This document shows, in pieces, positions 20,057 through 30,481 of a DNA stretch of 64,000 bases (position 1 is the stretch's first letter; the number at the start of each line of letters is the position of its first letter). The stretch comes from an uncultured delta proteobacterium (GTDB taxonomy: Bacteria; Myxococcota; Myxococcia; Myxococcales; Myxococcaceae): assembly GCA_963771175.1 (NCBI GenBank), contig CAVYSY010000027.1, positions 64,001 through 128,000 of the forward strand. The letters run 5' to 3'. The notes beneath the pieces were generated by a model, which was not told where the DNA came from, did not search any database, and saw nothing but the letters and a program-made list of their open reading frames with translations. The position numbers and the translations under genes are program-made.

Positions 20057-21919
20057 ATGAGGCGGAGTCCCCTCGCCGTCACGGGAGTCGTGTGCGCGCT
20101 GGCCGTTGGGAGCTGGACACTCGGCGGCTGCAGGCGCTCCGAGGACGCACCGGCGAAGCCGACCCAGGCCCAGGCGGAGTCGCCACGGGCGGAGCTCCAG
20201 GCCGGCAAGAAGGACGCGGCACCCGAGGCCAAGATGAAGGTGGCCGAAGCGCCGCGCCCGGTCGCCCCGGGCACCCCGTCGAGCGCGCCTGGCGGGGAGC
20301 CGCCCCAGGCCATGGCGAAGCTCTTCGGCGGGAGCAGTGGAGGAACCGCCCAGGGACTCGGAGGACTCGGCCTGAAGGGGGCGGGCTCCGGCGGGGGTGG
20401 CATGGGCGTGGTGGGCATCGGGGGCATCGGCACCAAGGGCCGGGGGGGAGGCAGTGCCTCCTACGGTTACGGCTCGGGACTCCAGAGCCTGAGCGGCAAG
20501 GCCGGCATGCGAATCCCCACCGCCCACCTTCCCGCCGAGCCGCTCGCCGGCAACACCGAGGAGTACCGCGACCACGGGGTGAATCCCTTCGTCACCACCG
20601 CCGAGGACCGGCTCTCCACCTTCGCCATCGACGTGGACACCGCCTCCTACACCCTCGCGCGGCGCAAGATTCTCGAGGGCACGCCGCCCCCGCGCGAGGC
20701 CGTGCGCGTGGAGGAGTTCCTCAACTACTTCCGCTACTCCTACCCCGAGCCCGAGGGCTCCCCGCTCGCGGTGCACCTGGACGCCGCGCCCTCGCCCTTC
20801 ACCCCCGGCCGGCACCTGCTGCGCGTGGGCGTGCAGGGCAAGCGCCTCAGCATCTCCGAGCGCAAGGCCGCGCACCTCACCTTCCTGGTGGACGTCTCCG
20901 GCTCGATGCAGTCCCCCGACAAGCTGCCGCTCGCGAAGCGCTCGCTGCGCATGCTCGTCGACAACCTGCGCGACGGTGACACCGTGGCGCTCGTCACCTA
21001 CGCGGGCGGCGTGAAGCTCGCGCTGCCTCCCACCGGCCTGGAGCACAAGGCCCGCATCCACGCCGCCATCGAGGACCTCACCGCGGGAGGCTCCACCGCC
21101 ATGGCCTCGGGCATCCAGCTCGCCTACCAGCAGGCGATGAAGACGCTCGATGGGGGCTCCATCTCGCGCGTCATCATCCTCTCCGACGGCGACGCCAACG
21201 TGGGCCCCACCTCCCACGAGGACATCCTCCAGCTCATCCGCGGCCACGTGAAGGAGGGCATCACCGTCACCACCGTGGGCTTCGGCATGGGCAACTACAA
21301 GGACACGGTGATGGAGCAGTTCGCCGACCAGGGCAATGGCAACCACTACTACGTGGACTCGCTCCTGGCCGCGCGCCGCATCTTCCAGGAGCAGCTCGGC
21401 GGCACCCTGGAGGTCATCGCCCAGGACGTGAAGCTCCAGGTGGAGTTCGATCCCGCCCAGGTGGCCCGCTACCGGCTCGTCGGCTACGAGAACCGGGACA
21501 TCGCCGACCGCGACTTCCGCAACGACAAGGTGGACGCGGGCGAGATTGGCTCGGGCCACACCGTCACCGCGCTCTACGAGCTGGAGTTGAAGCCCGGCGC
21601 CGGAGCGGGACTGGCCACCGTGCGCCTCCGCGCCAAGCAGCCCCGGGGCGAGTCGGCCTCGGAGCGCGTGTTCCACTTCCCCGCCGGAGCGCTCGCGGCC
21701 TCCTTCGCCGAGGCCCCCATGGACCTGCGCTTCGCCACCGCCGTCATGGGCGCCGCCGAAATCCTCCGCCGCAGCCCGCACGCCGAGCGCTGGAGCCTCG
21801 ACCAGGCGCTCACGATTGCCCGCGGCGCCACGCCCCAGGGCAACGCCGAGCGCGAGGAGTTCCTCTCAATCCTGAAGCGCGCCCGCTCACTCGTGGGCCG
21901 CGTGGCGCGGGGCCGCTGA
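20057..21919 (+). CDS. YfbK-like von Willebrand factor A domain lipoprotein (vWF_A + VWA + DUF3520)
   Basis: LSTFAIDVDTASY, MIDAS motif DVSGSM, LSDGDANVG and GYENR...DFRNDKVDAGEIG; lipobox LGGC; GGAGG RBS. Confidence 0.9.
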   Translation: MRRSPLAVTGVVCALAVGSWTLGGCRRSEDAPAKPTQAQAESPRAELQAGKKDAAPEAKMKVAEAPRPVAPGTPSSAPGGEPPQAMAKLFGGSSGGTAQGLGGLGLKGAGSGGGGMGVVGIGGIGTKGRGGGSASYGYGSGLQSLSGKAGMRIPTAHLPAEPLAGNTEEYRDHGVNPFVTTAEDRLSTFAIDVDTASYTLARRKILEGTPPPREAVRVEEFLNYFRYSYPEPEGSPLAVHLDAAPSPFTPGRHLLRVGVQGKRLSISERKAAHLTFLVDVSGSMQSPDKLPLAKRSLRMLVDNLRDGDTVALVTYAGGVKLALPPTGLEHKARIHAAIEDLTAGGSTAMASGIQLAYQQAMKTLDGGSISRVIILSDGDANVGPTSHEDILQLIRGHVKEGITVTTVGFGMGNYKDTVMEQFADQGNGNHYYVDSLLAARRIFQEQLGGTLEVIAQDVKLQVEFDPAQVARYRLVGYENRDIADRDFRNDKVDAGEIGSGHTVTALYELELKPGAGAGLATVRLRAKQPRGESASERVFHFPAGALAASFAEAPMDLRFATAVMGAAEILRRSPHAERWSLDQALTIARGATPQGNAEREEFLSILKRARSLVGRVARGR

Positions 21920-21955
21920 GCCCGTCGGGTGATGCGCACCCAACCTTCGAGCGAG

Positions 21956-22792
21956 CTATGGGGAGAAAGTAGCACCCACTCCCAGAGCCGGTGGCTGCGC
22001 AGGAGCAGGGGCCAGCAACGCATCAACGAACGCGCGGAACATCTTCACACGTGGGAGGTCGAGGGCCTCTTCGTCGATCCACCGGTTGTCCTGGAGCGAC
22101 ATCTGGATGGCTTTTCCGGGCCGAAGAACGGAGCCAATGGCTCCGACGATTGCCTTCCGCCGACCCGCTGGCTTCAGGAAGTCCACGAGGTCTTCCTTGG
22201 CGTACGGTGGGGTCTCGGCCTTCACGGAGTCGACATGGGTGCGCGCGGAAGCGAGGAGCTGGGGGTATTGCTTCTCCGCGCATTCGATGAGCAGGTCTTC
22301 GAGCGTACCAGCGCTCACATTGTCCGGAAGGACGAAGATTCCAATTCGAGGCGGGCCTTCGACCACCCGACCCGGGTCTACAGCCAGGGGGAGTTTCGCG
22401 TCGGCGAGTCCCTTCGAGATGGTGGCGAAGCGCTCGCTTGCCGACTTCTTCTGGTCGGAGTCGAGCACGATGCCGATGGCATGGAGCTCATCGGCCCCGG
22501 GCTGATCGACTGTGTTCCTGACGCGGATGGCACTGGTGAGCAGTTGACTGTCACCGGTCACCGCGTCGATGGCTACCGACACAGTGTCGTTCTGGAAGAA
22601 CGCCGGGACCTGCACGCGCTTCAGCAGGTCGGTTGACCCGAGCGGAGAGGGCCAACTGGTCGGCAGCAGCGGAACCCAGAACGGGGCGAGCTGGGGCTTG
22701 TGCTGGATCCGCTTTAGCCCCTGGAGCTTGAGGAACCGCGCCACGAACTCGACATCATGCGGACCCTCGACAGCGAAATAGACGTATCGCAT
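21956..22792 (-). CDS. DUF3226-like TOPRIM-fold protein
   Basis: N-terminal FAVEGPHD (TOPRIM glutamate), VLDSD (DxD) and FVLPDN...GTLEDLL; starts 3 nt after the ATPase stop. Confidence 0.72.
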   Translation of the reverse strand: MRYVYFAVEGPHDVEFVARFLKLQGLKRIQHKPQLAPFWVPLLPTSWPSPLGSTDLLKRVQVPAFFQNDTVSVAIDAVTGDSQLLTSAIRVRNTVDQPGADELHAIGIVLDSDQKKSASERFATISKGLADAKLPLAVDPGRVVEGPPRIGIFVLPDNVSAGTLEDLLIECAEKQYPQLLASARTHVDSVKAETPPYAKEDLVDFLKPAGRRKAIVGAIGSVLRPGKAIQMSLQDNRWIDEEALDLPRVKMFRAFVDALLAPAPAQPPALGVGATFSP

Positions 22793-22795
22793 GGG

Positions 22796-23878
22796 CTATC
22801 GCACTTCGAGGCCGCGCTCGAACCGCATCCACTTGAGCTGCTCCTCACCGTAGCGCTTGACGACGCTCTGTCCCTCATGTCGGCCGAGCTTGAACGCGAC
22901 GACGTCCTCCTCGGGAGTCGTATCCGCGGCGAGCAGCGCGTCGATGGCTTCGAGGCTGTGCGTCGTCACGAAGAGCTGGACATCGAGCTCGCGACAGACG
23001 CGGACGAGCCAGGAATACACGCCACCCAGCGCGCTCACGTGGATGCCGGTCTCTATCTCGTCGATGAGCAGGAGGCCCCCCTTCGCTTTCACGACGGACT
23101 CAGCGAGGAGCAACGTGCGACGGATGCCGTCGCCATAGACGCTCAGTGGCACGGGCCCATACGTCGCATGTGTCACGTAGAGTACCGGCTCATCCTCGGG
23201 TTGCAGAATCTCGAGCCCCCGGATCTCCGGATCGAGGAGGGAGAGCAAGGTGGTCAGGTCCTGACTGGTGCCCTCCAGTCGAGCCTGGGAGTAGCCACGA
23301 ATGGGAACCGTTGGCATCCAGTGATGGTAGGCAAGTACCATCTCGCAGTGCGGCCCCCCGCTCTTCCGGCCAACTGAACCGATGTGCTCGCCCTGCCACA
23401 ACGTAAAGGTGTGCATCCTCTCATGGTCTGCCGTGCGAGATTCGATCTGAAGCTCGGCACCGGGAGTCTCGCGCTCCGGAGCACTGACCCTTCCTCGATA
23501 AACCGGGGGTTGCCGCATGGCAACCACTCGCTTGAACCTCGCCTTTATCGCCGTGATGGGAATCCGCCCTTCGGCGTTGATGACCACTTCCGCGCGATCA
23601 AGCTCAGGCAGCTCGCTCGGCGGGAAGAGCCACCTGAGCCGGTCGGTACGCGAAAGACGACGCAAGGGTATCTGCTGCGAGGGTTCCCGCTGTTGCGCAA
23701 GGCGGAGCCACCATGTCGGGTCGAGAGGTCGCGACATCAATGCGATGGCCTCGAGCACGCTCGTCTTCCCACTATCGTTCAGTCCGACAAGCAGGTTGAC
23801 GCGCCCCAGCTTCTCCAACTTCAGGTGGCGAAGGCCACGAAACGCCGTGATGTCGAGGTGCTCGATGGGAAGGGGCAT
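22796..23878 (-). CDS. AAA_15/AAA_21-type ABC ATPase
   Basis: FRGL, Walker A GLNDSGKT, signature-like YGDGIRR, Walker B/D-loop LLIDEIETGIH and H-loop VTTHS. Confidence 0.88.
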   Translation of the reverse strand: MPLPIEHLDITAFRGLRHLKLEKLGRVNLLVGLNDSGKTSVLEAIALMSRPLDPTWWLRLAQQREPSQQIPLRRLSRTDRLRWLFPPSELPELDRAEVVINAEGRIPITAIKARFKRVVAMRQPPVYRGRVSAPERETPGAELQIESRTADHERMHTFTLWQGEHIGSVGRKSGGPHCEMVLAYHHWMPTVPIRGYSQARLEGTSQDLTTLLSLLDPEIRGLEILQPEDEPVLYVTHATYGPVPLSVYGDGIRRTLLLAESVVKAKGGLLLIDEIETGIHVSALGGVYSWLVRVCRELDVQLFVTTHSLEAIDALLAADTTPEEDVVAFKLGRHEGQSVVKRYGEEQLKWMRFERGLEVR

Positions 23879-24030
23879 GACGTCCTCGCCGGCCAGGAGC
23901 GTAGCGAAGGACCGACCCCGAACCGACCGGGATGGATCTTCGGTGGTTTGACGTGCGAGCGCCACATTTGCGTGTAGGCGAGCCGGGTCCTTGTTGACGT
24001 CTGGGGGGTTGACCGTGCGGAAGTGAGCCC

Positions 24031-24799
24031 ATGACCTCCCCCCACCTCCCGAAGCTCGTCCTGTGCGAGCTCGGGGAAACCACCGTCCCCGGCCTGGAGA
24101 GCTATTCGCCGTTCTGCCTCAAGGTGCACCGGGGCCTGAAGTACCTGGGCCTCCCCTACGAGCGCCGCCACGGCATGCCCAACAGCTTCAAGAAGTACCA
24201 CCCCACCGGCCAGGTGCCCGTCCTGCTCATCGGCGACACCGAGGCCGTGGGCGACTCCACCGACATCCTCAAGCGAATCCAGACGCTCGCGGGCCGCACC
24301 TTCCACGGCACGAACGACCCGAAGCTCGCCGCCGAGGCCGTCCTCTGGGAGGAACTCGCGGACAACGCGCTCGCCGGCTTCGTCATGGCCTCCCGCTGGG
24401 CCGATGACCGCAACTGGCCCAGGTTCCGCGACGCCGCCTTCGCCGGCATGCCCGGGTTGCTGCGGAGTGTCATCGGCGGTCAGGTGCGCAAGCGCATCGT
24501 CAAGGGTCTGGTGGCGCGCGACATCTGGCGCGCGGGCCCAGAGGTCTGCTGGCGCCGCTTCCAGGAGACCGCTCGACGCGCTGGAGGCCCGCGCTCCCGA
24601 GGAGGGCTTCTGGCTGAGCGCCTTCTCCACCGCGGACATCGCCCTGTTCGGCCTGCTCCACAGCCTGCGCAATGAGCTCACCGCGTGGCAGCGCGATCAG
24701 CTCGCCGCCCGCCCGCGGCTGACGCGCTACCTGGATCGGGTGGACGCGGCCACGAAGGGCTCGGATTCGGCCGGCGGGTCGCGCGCGTCCGCGGCGTAG
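24031..24799 (+). CDS. Glutathione S-transferase family protein (metaxin/Fax-like); frameshift near 24570
   Basis: SYSPFCLKV, GQVPVL and DS motifs; C-terminal LDALE...FWL...STADIALFG in ORF 24404-24799. Confidence 0.82.
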
Positions 24800-24875
24800 C
24801 GGGGACGCTTCCCGGGCCGGGGCCCCTTCGTCCCGGTTTACAGCCCCGCCCGGGTTGAAGTAGGGCCAAGGACCT

Positions 24876-25484
24876 ATGCCCATCCTCGCTCTCGTCCGAC
24901 ACGGACAGTCCCTGTGGAACCATGAGAACCGCTTCACCGGCTTCGTGGACGTGCCCCTGACCGAGAAGGGCCGCGCCGAGGCCCGGCAGGCGGCCAGGAC
25001 CCTCGAGGGCCTCACGTTCGACGTGGCCTACACCTCGGCCCTCACCCGCGCCCAGGAGACGCTGGCCATCATCCTCGAGTCGCTCGGCCAGCGCATCCCC
25101 GTCATCCGCGACGCCGCCCTCAACGAGCGCCACTACGGCGACCTCCAGGGTCTCAACAAGGAAGACGCCGCCAAGCGCTGGGGCGATGACCAGGTGAAGA
25201 AGTGGCGCCGCTCCTATGACGTGCCGCCCCCCAATGGCGAGTCCCTGGAGATGACCGCCAAGCGCGTGCTGCCCTTCTACGACCGCGCCATCAGCGGCGA
25301 CCTGCGCCTGGGCAAGAACGTGCTCGTGGTGGCCCACGGCAACTCCAACCGCTCCCTGGTGATGAAGCTCGACAAGCTCACCGGTGAGCAGGTGGTGGGC
25401 CTGGAGCTCGCCACTGGCGTGCCGCTCGTCTACGAGCTGTCCACCGAGTGCGAAGTCCTCCTGAAGCGCTCCCATACGCCGTGA
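24876..25484 (+). CDS. gpmA: 2,3-bisphosphoglycerate-dependent phosphoglycerate mutase
   Basis: LVRHGQSLWN..NRFTG, LNERHYGDLQGLNK, WRRSYDVPPP and AHGNS. Confidence 0.95.
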   Translation: MPILALVRHGQSLWNHENRFTGFVDVPLTEKGRAEARQAARTLEGLTFDVAYTSALTRAQETLAIILESLGQRIPVIRDAALNERHYGDLQGLNKEDAAKRWGDDQVKKWRRSYDVPPPNGESLEMTAKRVLPFYDRAISGDLRLGKNVLVVAHGNSNRSLVMKLDKLTGEQVVGLELATGVPLVYELSTECEVLLKRSHTP

Positions 25485-25527
25485 GCAAGGCGGCGGGCGG
25501 CACTTCGCCCGCCGTTGAAAAAAGCCA

Positions 25528-25555
25528 TTGCAAATCCGGGGACGCGGCGTACCTT
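25528..25555 (+). promoter_or_regulatory. Possible sigma70-type promoter (TTGCAA-N16-TACCTT)
   Basis: Partial match to the -35/-10 consensus, preceded by an A-tract, in the intergenic region upstream of 25813. Confidence 0.3.
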
Positions 25556-25812
25556 GCTCTCGACGCGTCCTCCGCGTCTCTCATGATCTCCTCTCGCTGA
25601 CCACCACTCCGCCCCGCGGCCCTTCGAGGTGAATCGCCTATCGCTTCCGGTAGGCCGGTCGCCCGTGCGTCGCGTCTGAGCCGGTGAAGGCGGAGTGGGG
25701 TACCCGACAAGCGAACGCTCCGAGGCCATGTCACTGACCGACAGTCGTGACCTCGTGCTCGCGTGTCGGCTCGTCCGCGACCCCAACCCGCAGTGCTGAA
25801 TTGGAGAGCTGT

Positions 25813-26307
25813 ATGAGAGCCGAAACCGTTTTCAATATCTTCAGCTATGGCGTGTTTCCCGCGTGGGCGCTGCTGATGTTCGCACCGCGCTGGAAGTGGA
25901 CACTGCGACTGATCCACTCCGTCCTGATACCGGTGATGCTGGGCCTGGCGCATCTCGGCCTGATGGTGGGCCTGACCCTGGGTGCCGCCATCCCCGAGGG
26001 AGCCAACGCGGCGACCCTCCAGGGCGCTATGTTGCTCTTCAGCGACCCCTGGGTGGCGGTGCTCTGTTGGATCCACTACCTGGCGTTCGACGTGTTCCTC
26101 GGCGCGTGGATCGTCCGGGATGCGGGGCGTCACAAGCTCCCCCACCTGGCGGTGGCCCCCTGCGTCCTGTTGACGATGTTCTATGGCCCGACAGGGCTCC
26201 TCGTGTACCTCACCCTCCGGTTCTTCATGCGCAGGACGGTCACCCTCAACGAGGAACCCGAGACCGCGAAGGTCGACGCTCCCCAGGAACAACTGGCGAG
26301 CGTCTGA
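25813..26307 (+). CDS. ABA4-like / DUF4281 membrane protein
   Basis: PAWALLMFAPRW..T, WIHYLAFDVFLG.WI..D and LTMFYGPTGLL are hallmarks of DUF4281. Confidence 0.85.
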   Translation: MRAETVFNIFSYGVFPAWALLMFAPRWKWTLRLIHSVLIPVMLGLAHLGLMVGLTLGAAIPEGANAATLQGAMLLFSDPWVAVLCWIHYLAFDVFLGAWIVRDAGRHKLPHLAVAPCVLLTMFYGPTGLLVYLTLRFFMRRTVTLNEEPETAKVDAPQEQLASV

Positions 26308-26329
26308 CGGCCAGGGGCGGCGGGAAGGC

Positions 26330-28154
26330 TCACCCCAGCAGCGCGAGCAGCCCGGCGAGTCCCACGAAGAGGAAGTAGAGCGACTCGCCGGCGATGAGTC
26401 CGCCGCCCACCAGCGAGGTGGTGCTCATGTCCTCGGGCAGCGCCTCGCCGTCGCCGGGCGAGCCCGCCGGGTGCGGCGCCGGCCTGTGCATCAGCGTGTT
26501 CCACACCGAGGAGAGGATGCCGCCCACGCCGAACCACAGCGCCGCCGGCAGCTCACGAAGCCGCCGAAGGACGAGGCGTAGGGGCTGGGCAGCAGCACCG
26601 AGTCCATCGTCCACCCCACCGCGAAGCCCGCGCGCGAGCCCTTCACGAAGCCCTGGTAGCGCTCGCTGCGCTTGAGCAGCTTGCGCACCACCTCGATGGT
26701 GAAGCCCAGCGCGAGGCCGAGCAGCAGCGCCTTCACCGTGTAGTCCGACAGGGAGCCCAGGCTCCGGATGGCGCCGACGAACTTGTACGTCATCGCCGAC
26801 TGCCACTGGCCCACCTCCGCCTCCGGGTTGTCGAGCTGGTTGATGGCCAGCACCGGGTAGGCGCTCATGAAGACGCGCGCCAGCACCACGCACAGCACCG
26901 CGCCCATGACGATGCCGATGACCTGGTAGCGGAACTGGATGACGCGGTCGGTGCCCAGGCGCCAGCCCGTCGAGCGGTCCTGCTGCATGTCGCTGCCGAC
27001 CGAGGTGCAGATGAGCAGGATGCTCGCGGCCATCAGCCCCACCAGCGGGTTCTTGCAGCCCCAGCGGCGACATCAGCAGCACCGAGATGACGAAGGCGCT
27101 CGAGATGGGGTTCTGGTCGGTGATGCCGTAGGAGATGCCGTTGATGAGCACGAAGAGCAGCGACAGCCCGAGGCCGAAGACGATGAAGCCCAGCGGGCTG
27201 CTGCAGCAGCTGCGTGGCCACCACGACCACCGCCACGCCCCAGAAGACCACCCACGCGCAGCAGCTTCGGCAGGTTCACCTGCTTCCACGCGGGCACCTC
27301 GTCGGCCGGCGCCTTGGCCGCGGTTGCGCACCCGCTCCACCGCCTGCACCGCCAGCAGCGACAGGTCGACGATCGCCGCGCCGCAGATCATCGCCAGCCC
27401 GATGAGGAAGCCGATCTTGCGGAACGGCTCGTCCGGCTCCAGCCAGCCGATGCTCCGCAGGTAGGGCGTGAGCGCAGGCCGACGAGCGCCGCCGATGACG
27501 GCCGGCACGGCGATGCGGCGCCCACGATCATGCCCGCGCCGATGGTGGAGGCGCTCAGGCCGATGGCGCCCAGGGCGGCCACGCGCTCGGTGAGCCCACG
27601 CCACCGACCGCGCCCACGCCGCGTGCCGCCGCCGAGCTTGGCGATCGAGCGCCTTCAGCAGGCGCTTGTCGGTGAGCGCGCGCAGGATGTTGGCGACCGC
27701 GTAGCCCGAGGGGTAGTCGAGCTGCATCCGGTCCACGAGCAGCGGCGTGTAGAGCATGCCCACGCCCGACGCCGAACATGCCGATGCAGCTCACGAAGAG
27801 CATCAGCTGCCAGGCGGGCGGCTGCGGCATGCCCAGCCACACCATGGCCTGGATGAGCACGCGCCATGCGCGCACATCGAGGCCACCGAGGCGGCCATCG
27901 TCTGCATGTAGTTGGCGCCGTGCTTGCCCTCGGGCGCCGTAGCCGTAGGTGACGACGCTGCCGAGGATGCCGGCCAGCACCTGCCCGCCGACGAAGAAGC
28001 CGAGGCTGAAGTTCATGTACGCGGCGGCGATGCCCCCGAGCGGCCCGAGGATGAAGATGGCCACCGCGCTCAGCAGCAGGTGGAACTTCCACGAGCCCTG
28101 CTCGGGCAGCCAGCCGAAGCGCGGGGCCGGAAGGGGTGAGGCGGGCGTGTCCAT
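26330..28154 (-). CDS. OPT/YSL family oligopeptide transporter (several frameshifts)
   Basis: Pieces in alternating frames: YMNFSLGFF, LDYPSGYAVANIL, GITDQNPIS, SDMQQDRSTGWRLG and GGGLIAGESL. Confidence 0.8.
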
Positions 28155-28194
28155 GGGAGCCGGAGGCTACCCGTTCCCGAGGCTGCCCGCCTCT

Positions 28195-29484
28195 TCACTC
28201 CAGACGGTGGTTCCTGGCGTAATCGGCCAGGAGCTTCCTCACCCTGGGGGCCCGCGCATCGCTCGGTGCGAGGAGCAGGAACGTCCGATAGTACATCGCG
28301 CCCTGCTCGGGCTGGCCGATACGGGCCTTGAGGGCTCCCAGCGCCAGGTAGCACGGGGCATAGGCCGGCTCGACCTTGAGGCACTCCAACAGGCGCAGCT
28401 GCGCCTCGGGGAGCATGGGCGTGTTGCGCGAGAGCGCCACTCCCTCTTCGTAGAGGCGCTTCGCCGTGCCCGCGCCACTCTCCCGGAGCTCGGTGGATGC
28501 CGGCGCCATCCCCGGCGTGCGCCCCTTCGAGGAGATGCGCAGCTCCACCTCCCCCTGGTTGTCCTCCGGGTCATCGTCGATGAAACCGCACCACACCGCG
28601 CTCGCGCCCCGCACGTCCACGGGCCTCCCCTCGATGAGGAGGAACTGCTGCTCGCGGAGGAGCTCGTTCAGGTCGCCTCCCAGGTATAGGACCTCCTCGG
28701 AGGACCGCCGCGCGCAGGCCACCTTCCGGCTCACGCCCCCGTTCGGCCCCCGGGTGCGTGCCCCCTCCCCCACCGGGGCCAGGGTGAGCTGGTACGTGAG
28801 CATCGCATTCAGGCCCTTCAGCTCGAAGGCCCTGCTCAGCGAGGCGCTGGCCTGGCTCGTGTGGATGGTGACGGTGGCGCCCTCGTGTGTCCTCACATTC
28901 TCCACCCGCACCATGCGCCGGGACTGCTCGCCCTCCACCCCGGGGCCCACGGAGAAGAACATCGCGGCGCGCGCTCCCGTCACCCGTACTTCCGAAGCAC
29001 CCGAGACCATTCCCACCGCCTCGTCCGCCGACAGCCCCTCGCCCGCGAGCAGGAAGAACAACGGCGGACGCTGCTGGGACATGACGAGCTCGGTGATGAC
29101 GTAGGTCTCCTCGGGTTCCAGCCGGGTGAGCGCCGCGAACGCCGTGGACACCCGAAAGAGGTCCCTGCGCGCATCCAGCCGGAGAGAGCCGACCGGGAAC
29201 GTGGCCGAGCCCCGAGCCTCCTCCGCGGGCGGCGCCGCCACGGTGGGAGGGGGCGGCTCCACCACGGGCGAGGGCGCCGGAGCGGGTGGAGGTGGCTCGG
29301 CGGGAAGCGGCCGAGCCTGCTCCGAAGCGGCCTCGGCGGCCTTCGTCTCCACGGCGGCGCGCAGCGTCCCCGGCGGCCGGTTCGCGACCACCACCGCGGC
29401 CACCAGCCCGCTCAGCATCACCCCGCCCACGGCCACGGCCATGAGCTCGTTCCGACCGAATCGTCTTCTGGAGGGGGGCGCCAT
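28195..29484 (-). CDS. Membrane-anchored hypothetical protein with Pro-rich linker and C-terminal TPR
   Basis: One TM helix, Pro-rich stalk, beta-rich middle and C-terminal CLKVEPAYAPCYLALG...YRTFLLLAP TPR-like end. Start uncertain. Confidence 0.65.
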   Translation of the reverse strand: MAPPSRRRFGRNELMAVAVGGVMLSGLVAAVVVANRPPGTLRAAVETKAAEAASEQARPLPAEPPPPAPAPSPVVEPPPPTVAAPPAEEARGSATFPVGSLRLDARRDLFRVSTAFAALTRLEPEETYVITELVMSQQRPPLFFLLAGEGLSADEAVGMVSGASEVRVTGARAAMFFSVGPGVEGEQSRRMVRVENVRTHEGATVTIHTSQASASLSRAFELKGLNAMLTYQLTLAPVGEGARTRGPNGGVSRKVACARRSSEEVLYLGGDLNELLREQQFLLIEGRPVDVRGASAVWCGFIDDDPEDNQGEVELRISSKGRTPGMAPASTELRESGAGTAKRLYEEGVALSRNTPMLPEAQLRLLECLKVEPAYAPCYLALGALKARIGQPEQGAMYYRTFLLLAPSDARAPRVRKLLADYARNHRLE

Positions 29485-29550
29485 CCCGGGAATGCTACCC
29501 CAGGTCGAGACTCCCGCTCGGGGCTCCACCTGGAGGAGGACGCCGCGCGA

Positions 29551-29889
29551 CTACGGCTGGCAGACTCCCGGGCAGTCCGCCGCGCGCTGTGGATCGCACG
29601 TGTCCGTGGGGTCATCCACGCACGTCTGGTTCAGCCCCAGGCACGCCCCATAGGCGAGGCCGCCACAACACACGACGTAGCCCTGCGGCACGTCACAGGG
29701 CGTGGCGAAGCGCACGCAGTCACCGCCCGCGGCCGGTCGCGCGTACCGGACCACCTGGACACAGGCTCCGGCATCGGAACCGGGGGCGCCCGCGTCGGGC
29801 GACTCGGAGTCCACGGGTGGGGCGCCGGAGTCACACGCGAGCAGGCCGCACGCCGAGGACAGCAGGAACAGACGCAGGAGGGAGTTCAT
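29551..29889 (-). CDS. Small Cys-rich lipoprotein
   Basis: Lipobox LLAC; 10 Cys after the lipid-anchor Cys. Confidence 0.7.
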   Translation of the reverse strand: MNSLLRLFLLSSACGLLACDSGAPPVDSESPDAGAPGSDAGACVQVVRYARPAAGGDCVRFATPCDVPQGYVVCCGGLAYGACLGLNQTCVDDPTDTCDPQRAADCPGVCQP

Positions 29890-29898
29890 GGCTCACGC

Positions 29899-30387
29899 TC
29901 AGATACGGGAAAAGGACCAGCTCACCGCGTGACCATTGGCATAGGGCATGACGCCGTGGAAGGCCCGGGGGTCCGCATCGAACACCAGCGGAAGGAAGTG
30001 CCGGTCTCCATCCCACAGCGGCAGGCTCATGATGTCCTTCACCGGAACCCAGGAGAGGGTGCCCTCCACATTGCGCTCATGGGGCGTGCCCTCGAAGCGG
30101 TCGATGCGGAAGATGAAGCCGAGCCAGTCCTCGCCCTTGGGCCCGAAGCCGGGCCAGTTGATGGTGCCGCGCAGCGTCAGGTCCGTGCACTCGATGCCGG
30201 CCTCCTCGCGAATCTCGCGGCGCATGCAGGAGACCACGTCCTCGCCCGGGTCCATCTTCCCGCCGAGGCCGTTGTACTTGCCGAGGTGCGCATCGTTGGG
30301 ACGCGCGTTGCGGTGGATGAGGAGCACCTTCGTCCCGTCCGGGGACATGATGTAACCAAGGGTGCCGATGATGGGCGTGTAGGGCAT
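29899..30387 (-). CDS. NUDIX hydrolase (MutT/MTH1-like 8-oxo-dGTPase)
   Basis: Nudix box GGKMDPGEDVVSCMRREIREEAGI; KYNGLGG and LWDGD motifs. Confidence 0.9.
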   Translation of the reverse strand: MPYTPIIGTLGYIMSPDGTKVLLIHRNARPNDAHLGKYNGLGGKMDPGEDVVSCMRREIREEAGIECTDLTLRGTINWPGFGPKGEDWLGFIFRIDRFEGTPHERNVEGTLSWVPVKDIMSLPLWDGDRHFLPLVFDADPRAFHGVMPYANGHAVSWSFSRI

Positions 30388-30481
30388 GGGCAGGGCTCTT
30401 ATCGCTCGGGACCCACCTCGCAAGAAGTCAGGAGGTAGGCGCCCGGTATCCTACTCCTGGCGCCCATGGCATCCCGAGAAC

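Noticed and set aside
25491..25523. Hairpin after gpmA as an intrinsic terminator
   Set aside because: It is followed by an A-tract, not a U-tract, on the coding strand; kept only as a hairpin.
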